Part shown: positions 55,327 through 64,000 of the stretch, piece after piece
How positions within the stretch are numbered: position 1 is the stretch's first letter
Layout of the letters: the number at the start of each line of letters is the position of its first letter
Program-made: the position numbers and the translations under genes
Origin: the human T2T-CHM13v2.0 reference genome, Homo sapiens
DNA length: 64,000 bases
NCBI RefSeq assembly: GCF_009914755.1
Contig: NC_060931.1
Direction: 5' to 3' (one strand)
Notes under the pieces: generated by a model
Told to the model about the DNA's origin: nothing
Databases searched by the model: none
What the model saw: only the letters and a program-made list of their open reading frames with translations

Positions 55327-55432
55327 ACACCGTAACCTATAAATGATGTGCTGAGACCAGAAACCCAAGTTGATGGTAAACACCGTAACCTATAAATGAT
55401 GTGCTGAGACCAGAAACCCAAGTTGATGGTAA
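55327..55432. repeat. Perfect 53-bp tandem duplication
   Basis: acaccgtaacctataaatgatgtgctgagaccagaaacccaagttgatggtaa x2. Confidence 0.95.
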
Positions 55433-56855
55433 CTGAGAGTAGCGCTAAGGCCCTAAGTTTTGGTTACACTCTCACCTAAGTGAGAGCCTGACCAAAAAGG
55501 GGGATTTTTTTTTAAACAACCTTATGGTAGACCATTATTTTGGACTAATCCATTGATTTTTGAAAGGCAAGATTATCATGAGTATACTGAGAAAATCGGT
55601 TCCATAGAAAATATATGGACTTTAACAATTCTTAATCAAATAAGTTTCTTTAGTTTGGATTTTTGTAGCAACATCTAGTTGGTATAGTTAAGCAAAAGTC
55701 AAGAGAGTAAAGGATTGTATCAATCAAAGATCTGACAAGTAGAAGCTGATCAGAGTAACAATGCCTTAGAATGACTCACCTATAATGAAATGCTGACAGC
55801 TACAATGAAGTAGTAATTAAGATTAAAGGTCTTTGAAATGCTTTAGCAAAGATGCTTTAGATCATCTTTTGAATTTACCAGAAAACAAGCTCTTGATTGA
55901 ATAATCAATAAAAAATAGACTCTTGCAATTTATTTTTAAAGATATGTTTTCTTTACTGAGATTAATGCTGCAACAAAATTGTTTTCTTGATTTTCATTTT
56001 TTGAGTGGGTGTTGGGAGTGGCAGGGTGGGAGAATCCAAAAAGCATCTCCTCCTACAGTGTGAATGCAGTAAATTTAAAAGCCCAAGGTTGATTTTTTTT
56101 GGCATGTACAGTATTCTAGACAGTGCATTGATGGGTTTGAACTTTTATACTGACTAGATTGTTCATACCATCAAATGTGATGGGAATTGGATGAAGTTGG
56201 GGGAAAAAATCTGATAAAGAAGACACATTCAAGAGAAAGAGGAGAGGAGCGAGAAAAGTAAGCAATGCTGTCTTTCTGGTGTTCTGTGATGCACAATATA
56301 AGTATGAAGGCACGACTGCTCTTTCTGCTTTCTCAATTGACCTATATACAGGTAGTTTTGCTTGGCTTGAAATACTGAGTATCTAAAGGTCTGGAATAAC
56401 ATGCTTCAAAAAAAAACTGTTCAAAAATAAGTTGAAAATAACGGTGGGAATTCTAAACAAAAGGCTAGCTAATGAAAGGAAAGGGTGAATAGGAAGTCAA
56501 ATTAGTAAATTAAGTATTCAAAATACTTGATATAGGTTTCCATAGAGAAAAGACTACATTTAATTTACTACAGAATAAAAACTAAGCTAAAGGATATTGT
56601 CTATTATCTTTGTAATATAATAAAATACAAAAAATGTTGAGTGATTCACATATATGAAATGTGGAATTAAATGAGCAAAAAATTAATAGTTTTTCAGGGG
56701 TCATGATATCCACTTAATATATGTTATATTATGAGGTTTCTCAAAATAGTGCTGTCTTGGGTAGAAAGAGGTCCCCAAAGGACAATCTTAAAACCCAAAT
56801 AGTTTCAATCCTTTTGTCCTATCTTTCTAAAATTTAATCTACAGTTAAACATTTT

Positions 56856-57151
56856 GGCCGGGCTTGGTGGCTTATGCCTGTAATCCCAACATTTTGGAAG
56901 GCCAAGGCAGGTAGGTCACCTGAGCCCAGGAACTGGAAACCAGCCTGGGCAACATGGCAAAACCCCATCTCTATAAAAAATACAAAAATTAGCCAGGCAC
57001 AATGGTGCGCGCCGATGGTCTCACCTACTCAGAAGACAGAGGTGGGAGGGTCTTTTGAGCCCAGAAAGTTGAGGCTGCAATAAGCCTTAATTGTGCCACT
57101 GCATTCCAGCCTGGGCAAGAGAGTGAGACTCTGTCAAAAAAGAAATAAAAA
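56856..57151 (+). mobile_element. Full-length AluJb-like
   Basis: 'tgagcccaggaa', 'gaggctgcaa', A-rich tail. Confidence 0.92.
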
Positions 57152-57449
57152 GGAGACTCCTGAAGATGGCGGTTAGGGGCTTCACATGACTCTAATAATA
57201 TAACTCTATATGCCCCATAGGAACCTTGTGCTCTTATCAATGAACTTTCATGTTTATGCCTGCTCCTACATGTGCTATTATGCATTTCAACTCATCAGCG
57301 CCACTATAGCACCAACTCTATAGAATCTGTCAAAAATTTACCAAATGTCAAGACTTTGCTCAAATCCAAAAGTTTTCATGGCATAGATGATTTTATATCT
57401 GTAGTACTCAAATTGTTATATACTCGTACTTTTAATGGATGCAAAACAT

Positions 57450-58260
57450 TCATGCATTATTTCATTCATTTATTCATTATGTGATTTATTTAGAAAAACA
57501 TACTACATTCCTATGCTAGCGGACTTCAGAGATAGAAATTTAAGTGGTACTACTGGCTGGAGAAGAAAAACACAAACATAATGACTTAGTTACTATATGT
57601 AACATGATAGAAATGCATTTAGAACAAAATTGAGGAACAAAATAAAGTGTGATCAATTTACTAAAGCAGTCAGGGTATGGCATACCAACCCTAGGTGAGC
57701 CCCAATGATCCCTACCTCCTGGTGTACATGCCTTTGTGTAATCCCCTTACTTGAGTGTGGGCAGAAACTGTGACTTGCTTCTAACCAAGAGAATATGGCA
57801 AAGGTGATATGATGTCACTTCTCTGACTACAACACATTCTGCAAGACTCTGTCTTAGCAGACTGGACTGAAAAACTCATGACAAGCCTTGAAGAAGCATG
57901 CTGCTATGACATGTATGAACTGCTTATTAAAAGGTTCAAGTGGCATGGAACTGCAGGCAGCCTTTAGCTGTTAAGGGCTTCAAACCTCCAATTGCAAGGA
58001 ACTGAATTCTGCCAACAATCATGTGATCTTGAAAGAGGATTCTGACGATATCTTGATTTCATCCAGTGAGCAAATCATTGTAGAATTCCTGGTGCACAGG
58101 ACCTGGGAGATACTAAATGTGTGCTGTTTCTAGCTGCTAAATTTGTGGTAATTTGTTACACAGCAATAGAAAACGGATATACCGATGAAGTTAGGAAAAA
58201 AGTTTTTTCAGTCAAGTGCTACTTGAGAAAAGTGAGCTCTGATCTGAAGAATGACTATTA
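57450..58260 (-). mobile_element. L2 3' fragment split by an MLT1E insertion
   Basis: 'ttcattcatttattcatt' start; resumes after the LTR with 'gagctctgatctgaagaatga'. Confidence 0.5.
57676..58181 (+). mobile_element. MLT1E1-like solo LTR
   Basis: 'cccaatgatccctacctcctgg...gcaaggaactgaattctgccaacaa...tttgtggtaatttgttacacagcaatagaaaac'. Confidence 0.85.
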
Positions 58261-58442
58261 TATTGATGAAAGTCTGCAAATTCAGACAAAACAAAAAGCC
58301 TTTATTTAAGACATTGGCATAAGCCATTTTAAGTGCCCAGAATGATACACCTGGTCCTCCTCTGGCTCTGGTAAGAGGAGTTATAAAATAATGGAAATGT
58401 TCCTTGTACTTGTTCTAAAAAAATGTTACTTACATGCCTCCG

Positions 58443-58447
<5 letters not shown>

Positions 58448-58488
<41 letters not shown>
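58448..58488. repeat. (CA)n microsatellite
   Basis: Direct reading. Confidence 0.95.
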
Positions 58489-58491
<3 letters not shown>

Positions 58492-59849
58492 TGGGAACAT
58501 TTTGGCCCCCATCTATAAATTCATTGATCATCCTAAATTGTTTTTTCTGGCTTCCAGATTTAAATCAATGTTGTCTTGCTGACTTACTAAGCAATTAATA
58601 TAGTATCACCCATGTAATTCAGAAAATAGCTCAGGATCTTCCAACTACATGTGTATATGCATCCACCCTTTCTCAGATGCAAAATCTGGCCCCATCACAT
58701 ATTTTCAGATGACATCTGTTCACAGCAGGTATTGAAATGTTTGTGTAGTCTTTCTTAAAGTCCTTAAGGTGGTAGAAAAGGGTCATATTTCACAGTGCAG
58801 AAAATCACACACAAACGCACACACACACCACACCCACACACACCCACACACACATTTATATCCCATGTGAACTGTTTGTGCCATCATGGCTGCTTCCTGG
58901 AATTCACTCTCTCTCTCTCTTCTTAAACAGATGACCAATCTTGTTGGTTCTTTTTTCTCCTTCCTAGATTGTTCCTTGGAGAATTTGAAATCTTTTATTG
59001 TTTTGCAGAAAATGTAGTAACTGCATTTTGATGCTTCAGCAATTTCTCCAGGTACCTCACCCTGCTCCAGGTGGATAAACAAGGAAGAAAGGTGTTTCTT
59101 CTTAATAGATACAATGTTCTCATCAGAAAACCTTGTTTGGACTTACCGATGAAGTAACATCTTTGGGCCATTTTGTGTAGCTGCTATCATTGTGAAAAAA
59201 CGATCAACTACCCCAGACCAAAAAAAAAAAAAAAAAAAACTAGTTTGGAACACCCAAGTCAATGATGTTAAAGCTATAGTTTCCTTATCAGCAAAGTTCC
59301 AGTCTCTGCATTACAGTTTTTTTTGAATATGAATTGAGGAGCATTTGCTAGACCAGAGATTATTGTTCTACAGAAATAAGTTATTCTTGGAAGAATAACT
59401 GTCTAAACCATGTGCTGTGTATGCTTAACCTCTGCTTGATATGTACTTCTGATTTTGACTGGAAATAATAAACTTTCTAAGTAACAGGTACTTTGGGTAA
59501 ATCTTCATGTCCTGAAGAGCAAGAAATATATCCAACATTAACACTGGAACCTTACTCCTTAGCATTTATAAAGGAGTTATGAATTATTAAAGGTTTTAAT
59601 AAGTTTGGAATTTTACTGTAATTCATGATTAAATATTAAAGAGTGACCTAGAAGTTCAGGTTGAAGAAGTTAGACTTCAGAAGGAACAAAAGTGAATATA
59701 GAGAGATGTTCATAATCAGAGTAGAATAATAAAGAGAAACTTATAATCAAGAAATATTTCTCAAAGAGAGGGAAGCCATACTATACTGAAAGATAAAATA
59801 TATTATGTAATAGAAATCGCTAGGTCAAATGACAGAGTGTGTGACACTC

Positions 59850-60068
59850 TCTTTAGCAGTGACACTTTCTCAGCCAGACAGCCTAAGTTTGAAATCCAAC
59901 TGTGATGTTTACCGGCTTTGGACCTTGGGCAAGTTATTCAATTTCTTTGGCCTTTAATTTTTCCCATTTTTAAAATGGACATCTTCCTCATAGTGTTGTT
60001 TCTGAATTAAATGAGCGCTTATAGTAATGCCTAGGACATTTTAGGTGCTGACAATAGTTGATACTTTT
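59850..60068 (+). mobile_element. MIR
   Basis: 'gccagacagcctaagtttgaaatcc', 'gaccttgggcaagttattcaat', 'taaaatgg'. Confidence 0.75.
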
Positions 60069-63000
60069 CTAATGAGATCAGAAGTGAGGGGTCACAAAAA
60101 TAATACTAACTGAGAAATTATTAAAATAGGGCATAGAGGAAAGCAGAAGAAAAATGAAGCAGTACAAACAGAAAGTAGTCCCCTATTATTCCTGGAGGAA
60201 TGCCATGTACTGGAAGAATTTAATAATAACAACACTTGTCTTCCCGTTGTCATTTTTTTTTGGGGGGGGGAGACAAGTAATGTTTTCATAAAAATGGGTG
60301 TGGCAAAATATGGTATTGCAATAAAAAATTATAAGGGCATAACCAAACATGAAATTAAGAGAAGATTATTTTCAGTTATCAACTGTAAGCACAAAAAAAT
60401 ATGGCATGGATCAGAGATGTGTAATTTGAAGTTGCAGTTATGAAATCAATATTAGTATGTATGCCTAGATGAAATATTGTATTAGAAGGTCCTTTTTATT
60501 TTGCAGTCACATCTCAGTTATGTGTCAGAAAACATGGACAGTCTTAAAATTTCAAATGCCTATCTTTGGCCACTCATTTGCATTTTTGGGTTCCTGACAA
60601 CATTTGCTTAAAGGGGTACTAAGCTGAATTTTAAGGAAAATTACCATGTCATAAAAAAGCCTTGGGACAATTATGAAGAAAGAGTTAGATTGACATAAAA
60701 GAATGGGTAATAGTACAAATATTAGGTGCTATTGTAATTAAGAGGGGAGAAGAAAATATCATTCTGGATTTTGCAATCTTGACAGTTTTCATCAAAGCAT
60801 AGGAATATTGAATTGCTATAAAGATGACCTGGACAATGATGTCTAGTTTCTGTTCTATACAGAAAACATTTTCATAGAATTCATTCTAGATACAAATCTT
60901 TATGAGGTCATGATTATCCCAGAGCTCTAAAGTGAAAGTAGAGATATGTACTCAGATGGCAGGAAGAGAGAAGTGAAGAGTGGAAAAGCAAAATCCTATG
61001 TGAAAATTTTTGGGGGTGCACTTCCATTTTACTTTTTTTTTTCTCAAGGCCTTCTATTACTTGATATAATGTTAAATATCTTTAAAATCAGCAAAAATAC
61101 AAAAAACGGGCTATGCAAATTATTGTCTCAGTTTTGAAAGATTGCTGAACCTTCTTTTATAAGTACTGTGGGAAAATATACAGTTGTGTATTATGACATA
61201 CAATACAGTGATTTGGACTACATCTTTTATCTGGTTCCCTGTTTAAACTTTTTAAAAATTTCTTTATTCTGCTTATCTGACAGTTGATGGGGTCTAATAT
61301 ATTTTTATATCTCCTAAAATTGCTTACTCAAATAAGTAACTCCCTCTGCCAAACAACTCTTGGCTCCTACCTGGTATTAGTTCCCAGAAATATTTCAACT
61401 CACACAACAATTATAAATTGCACATCCAGAGCCATCCCAGGCTTTACTTTTGCTCTTCTGTTAATGATAAGACCATAAGAAATAGACTATTAGCTAACAG
61501 AATATCCAGAAATTATTTATTTGTTACCTATGTCCTCCAAAACTAGGGATTCAACTTGTGGCTAAAAAGAAGTTCTTAGAAAGAATTTATGAGTTACACA
61601 TTTTTAAATAATCGAATAAGTGTCTTCTCATGAGTTCTTCACTGCACTCAACTTGGCAATCACCCTCCTCTATATGATCAAAAATATTCTGCAAAAGTAG
61701 GTTTAAAGAGTGTTTGGAAATTTTGGCCTTGAATTTATTTATTTTTAAATAAATTCTAAATTCACTTCACCATACATCTAAGCAGGGCAATTTGATATTG
61801 ACTGTTTTCTTTCCAGTGCTTCTCTTCTGGGAATACGTGAGCTATCTGAGTACAAAGAACCTAGATCTTTGTCCTAATGCTACACATTATCATGTTACAG
61901 GTACATATAGAATACCTAAAAATGTATAATATTTTGGTATAAATTTATAAGAAAAAATCCTCCAAGATCAAATCCAAAATTACCAAGAAAAAAATTGTAT
62001 CTTCTCAGAAAAATAACCTCCATGAATTAAAAAAAAAATAAAAAACTTTCAAAAAAGATAACAAGGAAAAGAATGTTGAGCTTTCAGGAGTTTCAAAAAT
62101 GGGAGCAAGTGTGTGATACCTAAGAAGTTTACAGCTATTATTTGGTACAATTGAATTAAAAAATAAAGAGAAACATTCATTTTATTAATCTTTCAAATTG
62201 AATGTTGCTATAAGAAAAAATCAAAGGAAAAATAAAACAATAATTCTGACTACAATTGTATTTAAACACATTGAAATTTTTATACATAAAATTCTGAAAA
62301 TTCCTATCTGGTTAATTCTGTTTAAAACTATATATATTAACCTCAGTAAAATTAGACATATTGGTGGTAAAATTGTACTTGATAAAATGTGTTACTGATT
62401 AAAATCAAATAAGATAACTAAATGTTTTAACTATTAATATCTCCAAATTTGATCAAGCAAAATGCACTTAGCCGGAAAATAAAACTGCAAGACAGAAGTT
62501 GTTATAAAATTTGATACAAATTATAGAATTAAATGAATCTATCCTTATAGTACAATTTATGACAGAAAAAATCAAGTTACATGAAAGTAATTTAAATATT
62601 TTATCTTCATATTATGGAAAATTATCAAAACACATTTGTGTTAACTTCAAAACCTGTATCTCAAAATTGACTGTTTATGCACTTATCAAATATTTGCACT
62701 CATCAACATGAATTTTGGAGATCCACAAGGTAAAAAGATAAGTGAAAAGTTAATCAAAATAATTGGTTCAAAATGGTAGAATAAAAATATTTTTTATTTT
62801 AACATCTATCCACAAATACTAAAGAAGTCTGATTTAGCCAAAATTCTTCACATCCATATGTAATTTTAAAAGACCATGATTGTTGTAATTGATAGAGGAA
62901 GCGAATTTCTGCATGGCTTTATTTCTAGATGCCTATGAACATTGTAGTTTCAAAAGGTTGTTGTCAATTAAGTGTTGTAATTCACTTAAGAAAAAAAGGA

Positions 63001-64000
63001 GAAAAAGGAAATATGACACTGTCAGAGTTACTCTGTTTTAAGCTGTGAACAGAGAAAAAATCATTTCAAAGTTTTCTAAACTATAGCTAGCATTATTTTA
63101 ATATTAGACATTGGAATATATGTATTATAATTCTACACAGGCCTCTAGGTCATGTTTGCTTTTTAGTGACTCTCATTTGAATGAGAGAGGAACAAAAGCA
63201 ACTGAACAGAATCTTGAACAGCCATATAGAACAACCTAAGTGCCAGATCCTCTTTTTTGTTGTTGATCTTATAGTATTTATCTCTTATTGTTTCTGTTCC
63301 CTGTGGTTCTTATGTATCACCTGCTAACCATTTGGCCTAATATACTGGCCATCAACTCCTGAATATACCATTGCCACTATTGAAAATAAACAAATTGTAT
63401 AGACTTTCAAATAAATTTACCTTCTATATGTGTTTTTATTTCTGTTAGTAGATTCATTTTTGCCTTGACCTTCATATTTCATTTGACATCTGCTTTCCTC
63501 GTTTTCTATAACATTTTCATTTTAAGATACAGAAATCGTAGCAAATCTTTGTCATGGATATTATCATGAATGATTTCAAAATTAGGTATAGATTTTTGAC
63601 ATAGATAAAATGATGCACAACGGAAGATATGACTGATAGTCAATGGTTATTTTTCTTAACTACAATCCAAGGTTACTATAATTATTTGAAAGAGTAACTA
63701 TGTACTGAGGGAGGATACACACTTATACCATGATAACTATGTAAGAGAAAGATACCCATTGCATCACAAATAAAGCAAAGCGTGTCTGTAACAGGGTTTG
63801 GGGTGGATCCACATTTTTTGCTCTGCAATGAAAACAGAACCATTGTTTTACTCTTTAAGGCAGTGTATTGAAAGTAGTTAGCAAAACCCCTGTATCATCT
63901 ACCCCAATCATTGAGAAAACTGATGTTTCCCACATATCAAAAGGAGCCTGGAACAAAGATACATAATATATAAATTTTTTTTTGGCATTCAGTTTGAAAA

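Larger units (their letters stand above)
54189..55546 (-). pseudogene. L1-retroposed (processed) copy of an ERV1/MER61-type 3' transcript with 5' inversion
   Basis: (AAAT)n tail 54189-54211; MER61A-like LTR 54212-54464 truncated 14 nt after AATAAA; internal minus-strand segment 54465-54923; inverted env-containing plus-strand segment ~54922-55546; 14-bp TSD. Confidence 0.8.

Noticed and set aside
57158-57175. 'ctgaagatggcggt' resembles mitochondrial 12S antisense sequence
   Set aside because: The match is only ~14 nt and the flanks diverge; not a NUMT.

Overview
AT-rich, CpG-depleted primate (human-like) genomic DNA that looks intergenic or deep intronic. I can support no protein-coding exon, RNA gene, CpG island or CRISPR-like system. 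The ORFs in the track fall in Alu, L1, LTR or microsatellite sequence, or are short chance ORFs. Much of the window is interspersed repeat: about 12 Alu/FLAM copies, a near full-length L1MA, several older L1, L2 and MIR pieces, a complete THE1 (MaLR) provirus with two LTRs, solo LTRs (MER68, MER52A, MLT1E/K) and Tigger-derived MITEs. Family names come from my recall of consensus sequences, not from a search. The most notable structure is at 54175-55560. It is an ERV1 (MER61-type) 3' mRNA fragment that appears to have been retroposed by L1 machinery: the LTR is cut at its poly(A) site and followed by an (AAAT)n tail, there is a 14-bp TSD, the 5' env-containing segment is inverted in twin-priming geometry, and it carries a later perfect 53-bp tandem duplication. 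Smaller oddities include an extremely short young L1 insertion, a clustered hairpin/template-switch scar, perfect palindromes, a MIR nested in a MIR, and three Alus truncated at nearly the same position. I found no evidence of a new biological system.
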